DNA from: Candidatus Latescibacterota bacterium
GTDB taxonomy: Bacteria; Latescibacterota; UBA2968
Direction of reading: 5' to 3'
Assembly (NCBI GenBank): GCA_965208125.1
Contig: OZ242320.1
Coordinates: forward strand, 5,683,751 to 5,747,750
Length of the DNA stretch: 64,000 bases
Position 1 is the stretch's first letter; each line of letters opens with the position of its first letter. A program made the translations under genes and the position numbers. Below the pieces are notes generated by a model. The model saw nothing but the letters and a program-made list of their open reading frames with translations. It was not told the origin of the DNA and ran no database searches. Of the stretch, positions 9,969 to 20,602 are shown in pieces.

Positions 9969-11111
9969 ATGAAAACCGAACTTACCAGACTCGATTTGGC
10001 CTGCTGGGGCGGGTTTATGATGTTTGCCACCAGCGGTGTCGTCACCCCAATATGCCTACCCGAAATATCCAGCGCCCTGTCCATCTCCCTCTCTGAAAGC
10101 GGCGGCCTGGAAACCGCGCGAACATGTCTTTTGCTCGTCGTCTTAATCATGTCCGGCATCCTCGCGCGCAAATGGGGCAAAAAACATTTTGTGACCTGGG
10201 GACAATATCTCCTCGCCATCGGCCTTCTCATGATCAGCTATGCCGATAGCTACCCTGTGCTCATCCTGTCCCTCATGGTCACTGGCATAGGCGGTGGATT
10301 CACCGAAGCACTCATCAATCCCCTCGTCATCGACATTCACCCCAGAGACTCGGGCAAATACCTCAACATCACCAACGCATTTTACCCCGTCGGCGTCCTG
10401 GTCTCCGCGCTCCTCTTTGGCGAACTCTTGACCCTCGGATATTCCTGGCGGCTCGTATTTCGCATTGCCGCAGCGGGCGCGCTTTCCATGGGCATCTTAT
10501 TCCACCTATCGCGCTTTCCCATACCCGTAGCAGATCAGCAATCATCTAAACACCTGATTGCACAAATCCTCAAAACGCCCAAATTTTGGCTCTTTGCCAT
10601 CGCCATATTTTTGGGCGCAGGTATCGAAGCGGCATTCACATTCTGGAGCCGCAGCTATGTGGAAACCTACCTCCAGGACATGCCCCGCGCCGGTGCAATC
10701 GCAGTTGTCCTCTTTGCGATCACAATGGCTCTGGGCCGCTTGCTTTCCGCAAAATTGTCCCAGATAATCAGCCTGAAAACCCTGATGCTCGGTTCCGCTA
10801 TCCTCGGTGTCGTCGTCAGCAGCGGCATTCCCTTCTCCGAAAATCTGATCGGATTTTACATCCTGCTCCTTTTCGCTGGATTTGCAACTGCCTGCTTCTG
10901 GCCCACCATACTCGCCGAAGCCGCGGAACACCTGTCCTTTGACGCCACCATGCTCTTTGTCGTACTCGCCTGCTTTGGCATTGCCGGATTTGGCCTCATC
11001 CCCTGGATCATGGGCGTGATCGGAGATAGCGCTGGCCTGAAAGCGGGTTTCTCTATTATACCCGGTCTCTTTATTGGCTTGATCATCGTACTCGCCATCA
11101 CAAAGCGTTAA
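9969..11111 (+). CDS. MFS transporter (FucP/TsgA-like)
   Basis: About 12 hydrophobic helices, 380 aa, GILARKWGKK loop motif. Confidence 0.85.
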   Translation: MKTELTRLDLACWGGFMMFATSGVVTPICLPEISSALSISLSESGGLETARTCLLLVVLIMSGILARKWGKKHFVTWGQYLLAIGLLMISYADSYPVLILSLMVTGIGGGFTEALINPLVIDIHPRDSGKYLNITNAFYPVGVLVSALLFGELLTLGYSWRLVFRIAAAGALSMGILFHLSRFPIPVADQQSSKHLIAQILKTPKFWLFAIAIFLGAGIEAAFTFWSRSYVETYLQDMPRAGAIAVVLFAITMALGRLLSAKLSQIISLKTLMLGSAILGVVVSSGIPFSENLIGFYILLLFAGFATACFWPTILAEAAEHLSFDATMLFVVLACFGIAGFGLIPWIMGVIGDSAGLKAGFSIIPGLFIGLIIVLAITKR

Positions 11112-12634
11112 TCACCCGGCGGCCAAACCGTCTCTTTCGTATATGCCTCTTTTAAATCGCGCCAATACCGCCTGCCTTTGTGAACCAGATTTGTCGGCGC
11201 AAACCGCTTGTTCAAACCCCTCTCGTGACTCGACCGTCCCGTATCGGTTCGATATTGCAATGTGAACCGCATCAATTGTGCGAGCAAATCAAAGCGCACA
11301 TCTGCATATTCTGGATCGGCCCAAACATTTGCGATCTCGCCCGGGTCATTGCGATGATCGTACAACTCTCCCTCATCCAGACTCCCGTAAAACACCAACC
11401 GAAAATCGCGCGTGCGAATCGCCGACACCTTGCCCCCGGGATTGCCCCAATCCCACTCGCAAAATGCCGCGCCTTTCCCATCTGTCTTGCCATTCACAAC
11501 GGGAACCAGATCGCGCCCATCGCGCCCACTGGGAATGGGAATATCGCAGAGACGGCACAGCGTGGGATACCAATCGACCGATTCGACAATCGCATCACAT
11601 GTCGCGCCCGATGGACCACCCGGATAACGCAATACAAAAGGAATGCGGTGAATCGAATCGTAAATCCCAAAATTCTTGTGAAACAACCCGTGATCACCCG
11701 CAAAATCTCCGTGATCCGCGCAATACAAAACAATCGTATTCTCCAACTCCCCCACATCATCCAGATAATCCAGCACCCGCCCAATCTCGGAATCAATCGC
11801 CGTAATCAGCGCGTAATAACTCGCCAAACAGCGCTTCAGGCGATCGGGATTTGGATCGGCCAGTGGATACCCACACCCATCGGCCAACCGCTCTTGCATA
11901 AACTCGGGCTTGCTGGCAAAACGACACTCAAAATAATCAACCGCACTATCGGGCAAAACCATCTCATCCGGATTGTACATATCAAAATGCTCTGCCGCAG
12001 GCGCAATCGGTGCATGGGGCCTTTGAAAACTCATGTGCAAAAAAAACGGCCGATCATCGTCCCGCTCCTTCAAAAACACCAGCGACTCATTGCCCGTATA
12101 ATGCTCAATCGAATGCTGATATGGCAGTTTGGCTGGCGCACTGCCATCCATCGTATATTCCTGTCCGGGTCTGGCCGAGCCTTCTTCGTAAAAATCCGAC
12201 AACCCCAGATCTTCCAGATACTTAAAATAGTGCGTCTCGGTCGGATCCAAATGCGTCGCATCGCACAAATCCGTATATCGGATACGCTCAAAACCATCCT
12301 CATCCCAGCGCCGAACCATGTGCGCCTTGCCGATCACAGCCGTTTGATATCCGTACCTCCGAAACTGGCACGCCAGCGTATTGGGATTCGCCTCGGGAAT
12401 CTCCGAATGATCATTGCCAAACATTCGATGCGTGTGGCAATACTGCCCGGTCATAAAACAAATCCGCGACGGCGAACAAATCGGATTATTGCAAAAAGCG
12501 CGTGTAAACACCACCCCCTCATCCGCAATGCGGTCCATATTGGGCGTCCTGACATTTGGATGCGCGGCAAATCCCGTGCAATTGGCATTGTGCTGATCCG
12601 ACATCAGCCACAAAACATTGGGTCTTCGCGCCAT
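11108..12634 (-). CDS. Sulfatase
   Basis: NVLWLMSDQH, CSPSR, GKAH, ADHGD, ELYDHRNDPGE. Confidence 0.9.
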   Translation of the reverse strand: MARRPNVLWLMSDQHNANCTGFAAHPNVRTPNMDRIADEGVVFTRAFCNNPICSPSRICFMTGQYCHTHRMFGNDHSEIPEANPNTLACQFRRYGYQTAVIGKAHMVRRWDEDGFERIRYTDLCDATHLDPTETHYFKYLEDLGLSDFYEEGSARPGQEYTMDGSAPAKLPYQHSIEHYTGNESLVFLKERDDDRPFFLHMSFQRPHAPIAPAAEHFDMYNPDEMVLPDSAVDYFECRFASKPEFMQERLADGCGYPLADPNPDRLKRCLASYYALITAIDSEIGRVLDYLDDVGELENTIVLYCADHGDFAGDHGLFHKNFGIYDSIHRIPFVLRYPGGPSGATCDAIVESVDWYPTLCRLCDIPIPSGRDGRDLVPVVNGKTDGKGAAFCEWDWGNPGGKVSAIRTRDFRLVFYGSLDEGELYDHRNDPGEIANVWADPEYADVRFDLLAQLMRFTLQYRTDTGRSSHERGLNKRFAPTNLVHKGRRYWRDLKEAYTKETVWPPGD

Positions 12635-12738
12635 AAATCTCTCCTTTCAAAGTGTATGTGTTTGCAGACTATGGGATAAAGCATTAAATTGTTCCCGTTG
12701 GATCAGAATGAATCGATCTTTTGCAGAGGAAAAACACC

Positions 12739-14088
12739 ATGTTTTTTGATAACATCGCGCTCGGCGTACCCAAAATATTGCTCCCAAATCCCGAAATCGA
12801 TTGCAGCAAATGGGCAGTCATTGCCTGTGACCAGTATGTACACGACATATCGTATTGGGAAGAAGTCAAAAGCATTGTGGGAGACACGCCATCAACCCTG
12901 GACCTCATCTATCCCGAAGTCTATCTCTACGACGACGAACACAAAGAACGCATTGCTCGCGTACACAACAACATGAAACGCTTTGTCACCGATGGCATTT
13001 TCCGCGACGAAATTGAGGGCTTTTTGCTCGTTGACCGCGTTTTGCCTTCTGGAAAATCGCGCAAGGGACTCGTCGTCACCCTTGACCTCGAGCATTACGA
13101 CAGCCGCAGCCAGTCCAAAACCCTCATCCGCACAACCGAGGGCACCTATCCCAAAAACCTCGAAGCGCGTTTTGAAGTTCGGGGCAACGCCTCTCTCGAA
13201 TCACCGCATATTTTAGTTCTCATAGACGACCCCAAAAAGGAAATTATCGAACCCCTCTTTGACGAAAACTATCTCAAGATCGTCGATTTCGAACTCATGA
13301 TGAATGGGGGACAACTCAAATATCACTTGATCAACGAACAAAAAGACATCGCGCGCATTGCCCAAAAACTCGCCAAACGCATTGAACCCGATTACATCCA
13401 TCAGAAGTATGGCGTAGAAAACGAAACACTCCTCTACGCCATGGGCGATGGCAACCACTCATTTGCCGCCGCGCAAAAAGCATGGGAAAAAATTAAAACA
13501 ACTCTCAATAACGGACAACGCGCAGCACGACATCCGGCCAGACACGCCATGGTCGAATTGATCAACCTGCACGACGACGCGATAGATATAGAGCCAATCC
13601 ACAGATTAATCACCCGCATTGATCCACACACCGCCTGCAACATCCTCGTCGCCCTGCTCAATGCATCGGGCACCCGGGCGCGTCTGGAAAAAGTCTCATC
13701 GCCCGACGCGCAACATCAGCGCACCGCAGCCCTATCATCTGCATCCACCCATTGCCTCCCCTATCGCACCGCAGGAGATTTGGGCATACTCGTAATTGAA
13801 AACCCATCTCAAAGAACCATACCCGAAACAATGGAAGCCGCGCTCGACCTGTTCACGCGAGAAAATACCGAAGCCGAAGTCGGATTCATCCACGGCGAAG
13901 ACGTAATCGACGACCTCGGCAACAAACCCGACGCGCTCGGCTTTTACATGCCACCCATTTCAAAGGACAGCGTCTTCGAATCCATTGTCCGCTACGGCGC
14001 CTATCCTCGAAAATCCATATCCATTGGACACGCCGACGAAAAGCGTTACTATATGGAATGCCGAAGCCTTGTCCATACTAAACCATAA
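12739..14088 (+). CDS. DUF1015 family protein
   Basis: KWAVIACDQY, IRTTEGT, YAMGDGNHS, IEPIHR; ATG 12739 preceded by GAGGA. Confidence 0.8.
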   Translation: MFFDNIALGVPKILLPNPEIDCSKWAVIACDQYVHDISYWEEVKSIVGDTPSTLDLIYPEVYLYDDEHKERIARVHNNMKRFVTDGIFRDEIEGFLLVDRVLPSGKSRKGLVVTLDLEHYDSRSQSKTLIRTTEGTYPKNLEARFEVRGNASLESPHILVLIDDPKKEIIEPLFDENYLKIVDFELMMNGGQLKYHLINEQKDIARIAQKLAKRIEPDYIHQKYGVENETLLYAMGDGNHSFAAAQKAWEKIKTTLNNGQRAARHPARHAMVELINLHDDAIDIEPIHRLITRIDPHTACNILVALLNASGTRARLEKVSSPDAQHQRTAALSSASTHCLPYRTAGDLGILVIENPSQRTIPETMEAALDLFTRENTEAEVGFIHGEDVIDDLGNKPDALGFYMPPISKDSVFESIVRYGAYPRKSISIGHADEKRYYMECRSLVHTKP

Positions 14089-14129
14089 TTGATGACGACC
14101 TCAATGGCAATTTAGATATGAGGGGATGT

Positions 14130-15371
14130 ATGACTGAGATATACGACATAATCATTGTTGGCGCGGGGCCAGCAGGCGCGACAGCGGCGTTATATGCCCA
14201 TCGCGCGGGACTCAATGTCTGTCTGGTAGATAAGGCGCGATTTCCTCGGGATAAAATCTGTGGCGACGCGCTATCGGGCAAAGTCGTGTCGATTTTACAC
14301 GAACTCGATTTGTTCGACCGGGTCGCACGATTGCCTGGCGCGACCATTCGAGAAGTCGTATTTGGCAGCCCGAATCACGTGGATGCGCGCGTGGATCTGC
14401 GACGGTATGATCATCAGGATCAGGCCACGGGCAAAATACTGCCAATGGAAGGATTTGTGATCCGGCGCGAAGTACTGGATAAATTTCTCTTTGAAGAAGC
14501 CAAGAAAGTTGCGAGTACCTGTTATGAGGGATTTGCCGTTAAAGACCTGATACGAGAAAACGAGAAAATTGTGGGTGTGCGCGGCGTGGTAGATGGCAGA
14601 GAACGAGAAATACAGGGCCGCGTTGTACTCGGTTGCGATGGTTTTAATTCAATGGTCGCGCGCAAAGCGGGATTATACGCCCATGAATCCGTGCATTGGG
14701 TTGTGGCAATTCGCTGCTATTACGAAAATGTGGCGGAATTGGGGAATCAAATCGAGTTGCATTTTGTGGATGAAGTCTTGCCGGGTTATTTCTGGATTTT
14801 TCCACTGGAAAATGGAACGGCAAATGTGGGCATTGGCATGCGTCACGATGTATTGAAAAAACGAAGGGTGGATTTGAAAGTAGCACTAAACGAAGTAATC
14901 AACCGTTCGCCCTATGCCCATCGGTTCAAAAATGCGCGTCCAACAGAAGACCCGGTGGGATGGAATCTACCTGTTGGGAGTACCCGTCGAAAAAGTTATG
15001 GAAATGGCGTATTGCTCCTGGGCGATGCCGCGGGATTGATCGACCCCTTTACGGGCGAGGGAATTGGCAATGCGTTGTATTCCGCGCGTTTTGCCGTGGA
15101 TGCCGTGCAAGAAGCCATTGCCGCAGACAATTATTCAGCGGCTTTTTTGAAGCGATACGAAGACCGATTATGGGATGCAATAGGCGATGAATTGGCGACA
15201 AGCACGCGAATGCAAAAATTGGGACAATGGCGTCCCCTCCTCAATTTTACCATCCACAAAGCCGCACACAACGACAAAGTACGCGATCTAATCTGCGGCA
15301 TGATGGCCAATGCCGTCCCCAAAAAACAACTCACTAATCCCCTGTTTTATTTGAAGCTATTGTTTAGTTGA
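14130..15371 (+). CDS. Geranylgeranyl reductase family FAD-dependent oxidoreductase
   Basis: GAGPAG, FPRDKICGD, GYFWIFP, LLGDAAGLIDPFTGEGI. Confidence 0.85.
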   Translation: MTEIYDIIIVGAGPAGATAALYAHRAGLNVCLVDKARFPRDKICGDALSGKVVSILHELDLFDRVARLPGATIREVVFGSPNHVDARVDLRRYDHQDQATGKILPMEGFVIRREVLDKFLFEEAKKVASTCYEGFAVKDLIRENEKIVGVRGVVDGREREIQGRVVLGCDGFNSMVARKAGLYAHESVHWVVAIRCYYENVAELGNQIELHFVDEVLPGYFWIFPLENGTANVGIGMRHDVLKKRRVDLKVALNEVINRSPYAHRFKNARPTEDPVGWNLPVGSTRRKSYGNGVLLLGDAAGLIDPFTGEGIGNALYSARFAVDAVQEAIAADNYSAAFLKRYEDRLWDAIGDELATSTRMQKLGQWRPLLNFTIHKAAHNDKVRDLICGMMANAVPKKQLTNPLFYLKLLFS

Positions 15372-15418
15372 AGAAGCAGTAATCAGTAGCCAGTGGTCAG
15401 TCCCCGCCCATTCGCCCC

Positions 15419-15447
15419 ATCTGTGTCCATCTGCGTCATCTGCGGAT
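15419..15447 (+). repeat. 29-bp direct repeat, left copy (island boundary candidate)
   Basis: ATCTGTGTCCATCTGCGTCATCTGCGGAT, 27/29 identical to 25989-26017. Confidence 0.7.
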
Positions 15448-15471
15448 ATGGGTTGGATTGGCTGATCGTTT

Positions 15472-17001
15472 ATGGATTCTAAGACCATGAAACGAATTTT
15501 AATATGCTGGATCGGCAACACAGACTTACAAGCCTGTGAAGGGGAAGATGTAGGTGTGGGGCCTATCGCCCAAGCACTGAACAAGCGCGAATTTGATAAG
15601 GTCTTTTTCATCACCGATTATGAAGATACCCGCGTAAAGCCTTACATCAACTGGATACAAGAAAAAACTCCAACGCCACACCAACTATTTTATAGACATC
15701 TTTCAAGCCCCACCCACTTTGGGGAAATTTACGAGGCTGCTGCAAGCGTCTGCCAGGAAGCTCTGGATCAATATGGCAATCAAACAGAACTAACCTTTCA
15801 TCTCAGCCCCGGCACGCCAGCAATGGCCGCGGTATGGATCATTTTGGCGAAAACGCGCTTTCCCGCTGAATTGATCGAATCCTCAAGAGCGCACGGCGTT
15901 CAAACCGCCTCCGTACCCTTTGATATTTCTGCAGAATTTTTACCCACCCTCCTGCAAAAACCCGATGCAGAACTCCGCTCATTAAACGAAGAAAAACCCA
16001 CAGAACCAGCGAATTTTGAAAACATAATATACAGGAGCCAGGCCATAGCGCGCGTGGTCGAAAAAGCAAAGCGTGCTGCCGTGCGGAATATCCCCGTCTT
16101 ATTCGAAGGAGAATCTGGTACAGGAAAAGAACTCTTTGCGCGCGCTATTCACCAGAACAGCCCGCGAAAAGAAGGGCCATTTATCCCCGTAAACTGCGGC
16201 GCGATTCCTCCCAATCTCGTGGAATCTGAACTGTTTGGGCACAAGGGAGGTGTGTTCACAGGCGCCCCTTATGATCGCAAAGGCCACTTTGAAAAGGCAA
16301 ATAAAGGCACCATCTTTTTGGATGAAATTGGCGAATTGCCCAAAGATATACAGGTAACAATATTGCGCGTCTTACAAGAAGGAGAGGTCGTGCGACTCGG
16401 TGAATCCGAACCCCAAAAAGTAGATGTACGCATTGTTGCGGCGACAAATCGAAATCTCATTGAGGAAGTTAGTGAAGGACGGTTCCGCGAAGACCTGTTC
16501 TATCGGCTTGTAGTAGCCTATCTCAAATTGCCCCCACTGCGCGAACGCACGGGAGATTTGGGGCTGTTAATTGACCATTCGCTCGAACTGATCAATCAGG
16601 AGAATGAAACGCAACCCGGCTACAAACACAAAAAAATTTCCGCTGGCGCAAGAAATCTTCTTCTCAATTACCATTGGCCCGGCAATATACGCGAGTTACA
16701 AAACACGCTCAGACGCGCAATGGTGTGGACAGACGAAGAAACTCTTACAAGACAAGACATTGAAGAAGCTCTCTTACCCGCGTTTGGAAAACAAGACGAA
16801 GATATCCTGAATCGCCCTCTGGATGCGAATTTCAGCTTGCCCGATCTGATTGATGAAGTTGCAAAACACTATCTTAACCGCGCTTTGCAAGAATCTAAAA
16901 CAAAAAAAGAAGCCGCAGAACTCGTGGGATTACCCAGTCCACAGACCTTTACCAACTGGGCAAAAAAGCACGGCGTAGCAATTGATGAAAAAAGAAAATA
17001 G
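15472..17001 (+). CDS. Sigma54-dependent enhancer-binding protein with RtcR/CARF-like N-terminal domain
   Basis: GESGTGKE, ESELFGH, GVFTGA (GAFTGA variant), FLDEIGE, WPGNIREL, C-terminal HTH; N-terminal ILICWIGNTD and FHLSPGTPAM resemble the RtcR CARF-type sensor. Confidence 0.85.
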   Translation: MDSKTMKRILICWIGNTDLQACEGEDVGVGPIAQALNKREFDKVFFITDYEDTRVKPYINWIQEKTPTPHQLFYRHLSSPTHFGEIYEAAASVCQEALDQYGNQTELTFHLSPGTPAMAAVWIILAKTRFPAELIESSRAHGVQTASVPFDISAEFLPTLLQKPDAELRSLNEEKPTEPANFENIIYRSQAIARVVEKAKRAAVRNIPVLFEGESGTGKELFARAIHQNSPRKEGPFIPVNCGAIPPNLVESELFGHKGGVFTGAPYDRKGHFEKANKGTIFLDEIGELPKDIQVTILRVLQEGEVVRLGESEPQKVDVRIVAATNRNLIEEVSEGRFREDLFYRLVVAYLKLPPLRERTGDLGLLIDHSLELINQENETQPGYKHKKISAGARNLLLNYHWPGNIRELQNTLRRAMVWTDEETLTRQDIEEALLPAFGKQDEDILNRPLDANFSLPDLIDEVAKHYLNRALQESKTKKEAAELVGLPSPQTFTNWAKKHGVAIDEKRK

Positions 17002-17038
17002 AGAAATTTTTAAAAAAATATCAAATTTTAGAGTGCAT

Positions 17039-17054
17039 TGGCACGAAATATGCT
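17039..17054 (+). promoter_or_regulatory. Sigma54 -24/-12 promoter 1
   Basis: TGGCACGAAATATGCT, exact GG-N10-GC spacing, directly after the EBP gene. Confidence 0.85.
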
Positions 17055-17091
17055 TGAACAGTGAGCGTGACAGCGACGTGGACTCCCGGCA

Positions 17092-17244
17092 CCTGAAGAA
17101 ATTTCTTGACAAAGCTGCTGTATTAGTGAAAAAATTAGCATGCTGACCCATTCCAAAGTAGAGAAAGTTGGGTATTCCAAAATTTGTCAATCCCAAGCGT
17201 TTCAGACAAACCTGAACGTTTTTTTCACCTTGTGAGAAATCATG
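17092..17244 (+). repeat. Conserved ~150-bp leader, copy 1 (upstream of ATPase 1)
   Basis: Aligns by eye with 21233-21388; contains TTGACAAA...TTTGTCAA inverted repeat, two ATTCCAAA boxes and a CGTTTCAG/CTGAACG hairpin. Confidence 0.8.
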
Positions 17245-19347
17245 GCCAATTTAGATATTAAAAACCTAGTGAAGGAACTATTTCCTAGCAGCGTAAAGGA
17301 CCCGGGGTATCAAAGGTATTTGGAAGGATTCATTGAAGAAGGATTAAAAACTGAAAATTCTTATAAATTTCAACATCTTACATCTATTGTCATTGAAAAT
17401 TTCAAGTGCATCGGCGATGCCGTAACTATTCCCATTCGTCCCATCACATTGTTATTTGGAAAAAATAGTTCGGGTAAATCAACAGTGTTACAGGCACTGC
17501 GTTATGGCTACGAAATGTGGCAAGGTAAATTAGCCAGCCATATATCAATGAGCGGTGGCTTTAATATTGACTTTAGTGATTTTCCCGCCCTGGTACATGG
17601 CCATGATCTGGACCGAAAAATTCGAATTCGCTTCGAATATACCTTTGATTTCGATACCCAATATCCTACTTATGAATTTAGCGAAGTGGTAACAGGTTGG
17701 AAAGATGGACAAGGCAATATCGTGTCATGGTTATGGGGAATGAGCAAGAATAACGAGGAACTGATTCGTTGTTCCTTTGATAGCTTAGAAGCCCACACAC
17801 ATGATACGATATTTGGCTCAAATGGTGAGGAATTGATCCGTTTGAAAGAAAAAAAAGGGTTCCCAAAGTTTTCTCCAGAAATATATGTGAATACTAATAA
17901 TATTCATAAGGATTCTATAGATTTCCAGTTAAATATAATTAGGTATAGATTACTGCATCAGCAAGAACTTACAGAATCCTCTAGCGATATTCAACATTTG
18001 GGACCATTCCGTGAAGTGCCCCAAACGCTTGATAACTCATGGGAAAAAGGAATTGGAGCCTGGAATACTCTCGCTCGTGATCCGGAATTGCTAAAAGAAA
18101 CAAATCGCTATATGAGAGATATTTTGAAACTTGGATACACCATCAGTGATATCACACTTGATAGTCAAGAAAAGTCAAATATCACGCTTGATATGAATAG
18201 TGAAATCATGGAAAAGTTAAAAAAAATTTGCAATTCTGAAGACATAAAAGTTGATGAATTAAAAAAACAGGTTTATGATCCTCTTGTGCTATTATCTCGC
18301 CAACCTGTGATTAAACTTCATGACGAAAATGAGAATATAGAAGTTGGTCTCTCAGATATTGGTGTTGGTATCGCCCAAATTATTCCCGTTGTGGTGGGGA
18401 CATTAGACGATAGCCACGGAATTTTTTTAGTTGAACAGCCAGAGCTTCACATTCATCCTGCTGTTCAGGTGGCTTTGGGCGATGTATTCATTGACAGCAT
18501 AAAAACTAAGCAACTGTTTTTAGATGATTCTCAATTCATACAAGAATGGGCTCATTCTTTTCTAGCCGGAGACGAGACCTATAAGAAATTTTACTCCAAG
18601 TTTATCTCCAAGCTACAAAACAGTCCGGACTTCCTTGAAAAGAAAAAAAATATCAATAACCCTGCTTCTTTTTATAATATTTCCTCTAAGATTAGCGGCC
18701 TCATAATAGACAGCATAAAAATTGGGCAAGAGTGTTTTGATTTTTCTCTATCTTTGCAAGAGGCTTCAGATAAATTTCTCTCCAAAATGGAAAATAGCTT
18801 TGATTTTTCTCTATCTTTGCAAGAGGATTCAGATAAACTTCTCTCCAAGATAGAAAACAGCAAGGAAGACCTACTTGATATTAAAGGACGGACATTTAGA
18901 AAGGAAGATCTACTTGAAAGCGTCAAAAATATCAATGATCCTGCCAATGATCCTGCTTTTTATTATGAGATTATTGACCTCATAAAAGATAGCCATCAGG
19001 ATATTCTAATAGTTGCCGAGGGGTTAAACAAAAAACAGAGAGAATTAGGTAAAAAGCGTATAAAAGATCTCTTAAGTATGGGTAAAAATAGTAATCGCAC
19101 TCTACTCATTGAAACGCATTCAGAGCACCTGTTACTGAGGATTATGAGGCGGATGCGTGAGACGTTTGAAGACAGAATTGAAGAAAATCGATTTCCTGTA
19201 ACCCCCGATGATATTGCCGTGCTATTTGTCGAAAGGCATGATTCGCAAACAATCATACGGGAAATGCCTGTTAATGAACGTGGAGAATTGGTAAAAGCCT
19301 GGCCTGGCGGTTTTTTCGAGGAAGATATAGAAGAGGTATTTGCTTAA
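17242..19347 (+). CDS. ABC-type (AAA_15/AAA_21, DUF3696-like C-terminus) ATPase 1
   Basis: IENFK, Walker A GKNSSGKS, signature-like GVGIAQ, Walker B/D-loop VEQPELHIHP, H-loop IETHSEH, terminal WPGGFF. Confidence 0.85.
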   Translation: MANLDIKNLVKELFPSSVKDPGYQRYLEGFIEEGLKTENSYKFQHLTSIVIENFKCIGDAVTIPIRPITLLFGKNSSGKSTVLQALRYGYEMWQGKLASHISMSGGFNIDFSDFPALVHGHDLDRKIRIRFEYTFDFDTQYPTYEFSEVVTGWKDGQGNIVSWLWGMSKNNEELIRCSFDSLEAHTHDTIFGSNGEELIRLKEKKGFPKFSPEIYVNTNNIHKDSIDFQLNIIRYRLLHQQELTESSSDIQHLGPFREVPQTLDNSWEKGIGAWNTLARDPELLKETNRYMRDILKLGYTISDITLDSQEKSNITLDMNSEIMEKLKKICNSEDIKVDELKKQVYDPLVLLSRQPVIKLHDENENIEVGLSDIGVGIAQIIPVVVGTLDDSHGIFLVEQPELHIHPAVQVALGDVFIDSIKTKQLFLDDSQFIQEWAHSFLAGDETYKKFYSKFISKLQNSPDFLEKKKNINNPASFYNISSKISGLIIDSIKIGQECFDFSLSLQEASDKFLSKMENSFDFSLSLQEDSDKLLSKIENSKEDLLDIKGRTFRKEDLLESVKNINDPANDPAFYYEIIDLIKDSHQDILIVAEGLNKKQRELGKKRIKDLLSMGKNSNRTLLIETHSEHLLLRIMRRMRETFEDRIEENRFPVTPDDIAVLFVERHDSQTIIREMPVNERGELVKAWPGGFFEEDIEEVFA
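18736..18861 (+). repeat. 63-bp tandem duplication inside the ATPase 1 insertion
   Basis: Two units starting at 18736 and 18799, encoding FDFSLSLQEASDKFLSKMENS / FDFSLSLQEDSDKLLSKIENS. Confidence 0.9.
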
Positions 19348-20300
19348 TGGCTTTATTTTCTGAGTATGCTGTAACACCTGATGTGTTTAATGAGAGTTGT
19401 TATGATTCGCCAGCATTGTGTGATGCATATTTTAGACAATTGCTGGAAGTTTTTTTGAGTGAAGGGCTCGTTCGAAATCTTCGCAATGGCGAATGGCAAG
19501 CGTTCTTTTCAATCCCTGCAAGACCCTGGCATTCCCGTATAAAGCATATTTTGAAAAATTTGACAGATGCTGGTCGCTTAGTGCCAGGCGATCCAGCATT
19601 AAGTCATATACCTCAGACTGATCGTGAATGGTGCAACGAGGCACTGGCTTCGCATGACACCACACCTTTGAATGGTATTATAGTGAGTGATGCTATTGAA
19701 AGGACCTATCGCAGAAATCAGTTGGTTGAAAGTGTGAGCAGACTATCGCAATCTACCTGCGCGTGGTGGGAACCCACAAATAGCTCGCTTCGGTTAGAAC
19801 GTACTATCAGTCAGTATATAGACGCTCTTAAGCTGATTCTCAAACATGCTAAATCCATTATGTTTATAGACCCCAATATTGATCCAGCAAAGAGCAACTA
19901 TGCTAATTTTATACAATTGCTTGAAGCAGCAGGTAATAGACCATCACAATCACCCCGGCCACTCGTTGAGATACACCGCAAAAGTCTTCGCGGCTCTGGG
20001 AAAAATGCTCCCCTATGGGATCAACAAGACATGGAAGATACATTTCGAACCGAATTTGGCCCAGTTCTTTCGCAGTCAAACTTAAAAATAGAAGTCTTTA
20101 TATGGGACGATTTTCATGACCGTTATTTGATCAGCAATTTAGGAGGAATACTGGTCCCCTATGGATTTGACACGTCAAGCAAGCCTGATGACTTAACAAC
20201 ATGGTCACGACTTGGACGGTCTGATCGAGATGATGTACAACGCGAATTTGCTCGCGAGAGCAATAAACACAAATTACTGTTTAATTTTACGATACCGTAA
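19347..20300 (+). CDS. ATPase partner 1, hypothetical with PLD-like (HDR) C-terminal domain
   Basis: TAATG overlap with ATPase 1; IMFIDPN and FHDRYLIS..GGILVPYGFD motifs. Confidence 0.6.
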   Translation: MALFSEYAVTPDVFNESCYDSPALCDAYFRQLLEVFLSEGLVRNLRNGEWQAFFSIPARPWHSRIKHILKNLTDAGRLVPGDPALSHIPQTDREWCNEALASHDTTPLNGIIVSDAIERTYRRNQLVESVSRLSQSTCAWWEPTNSSLRLERTISQYIDALKLILKHAKSIMFIDPNIDPAKSNYANFIQLLEAAGNRPSQSPRPLVEIHRKSLRGSGKNAPLWDQQDMEDTFRTEFGPVLSQSNLKIEVFIWDDFHDRYLISNLGGILVPYGFDTSSKPDDLTTWSRLGRSDRDDVQREFARESNKHKLLFNFTIP

Positions 20301-20303
20301 AAT

Positions 20304-20341
20304 ACGGTGAGTGTCGAGAGATACTCACCGTTTTATTTTTT
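20304..20341 (+). terminator. Rho-independent terminator
   Basis: ACGGTGAGTGTC-GAGA-GATACTCACCGT hairpin followed by a T-rich run. Confidence 0.8.
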
Positions 20342-20586
20342 ATGGCGACCAAGATGTGGAGGGAGGGAAAGAAATAGCGATTTCCAAGGTTGTTGATCAA
20401 CGAAAGAATACTCCTAAACAAACATAAAAAAATTTACACTCCCACAATAAATTTTACTCCTACCATCATTTCGGCTTGATTAGCGAATGTGCAGACACCG
20501 CCTTTATCGCGTTTACGGAGTGGAAATTGGTAAAAAATCAAGGAAAAAGAACAAAATTTATCAAAAAATCAAAATTTAGGTCGGAT

Positions 20587-20602
20587 TGGCACGGAATATG
20601 CT
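20587..20602 (+). promoter_or_regulatory. Sigma54 -24/-12 promoter 2
   Basis: TGGCACGGAATATGCT, 15/16 identical to promoter 1, with a similar upstream AAATTT..AAATTT(T)AG tract. Confidence 0.85.

Noticed and set aside
11180-12679. 499-aa plus-strand ORF
   Set aside because: Antisense shadow of the minus-strand sulfatase; no motifs and odd composition
15377-15401. CAGTAAT/CAGTAGC/CAGTGGT heptamer run, with a reverse-complement echo at about 55243-55256
   Set aside because: Short low-complexity intergenic repeat with too little evidence of function
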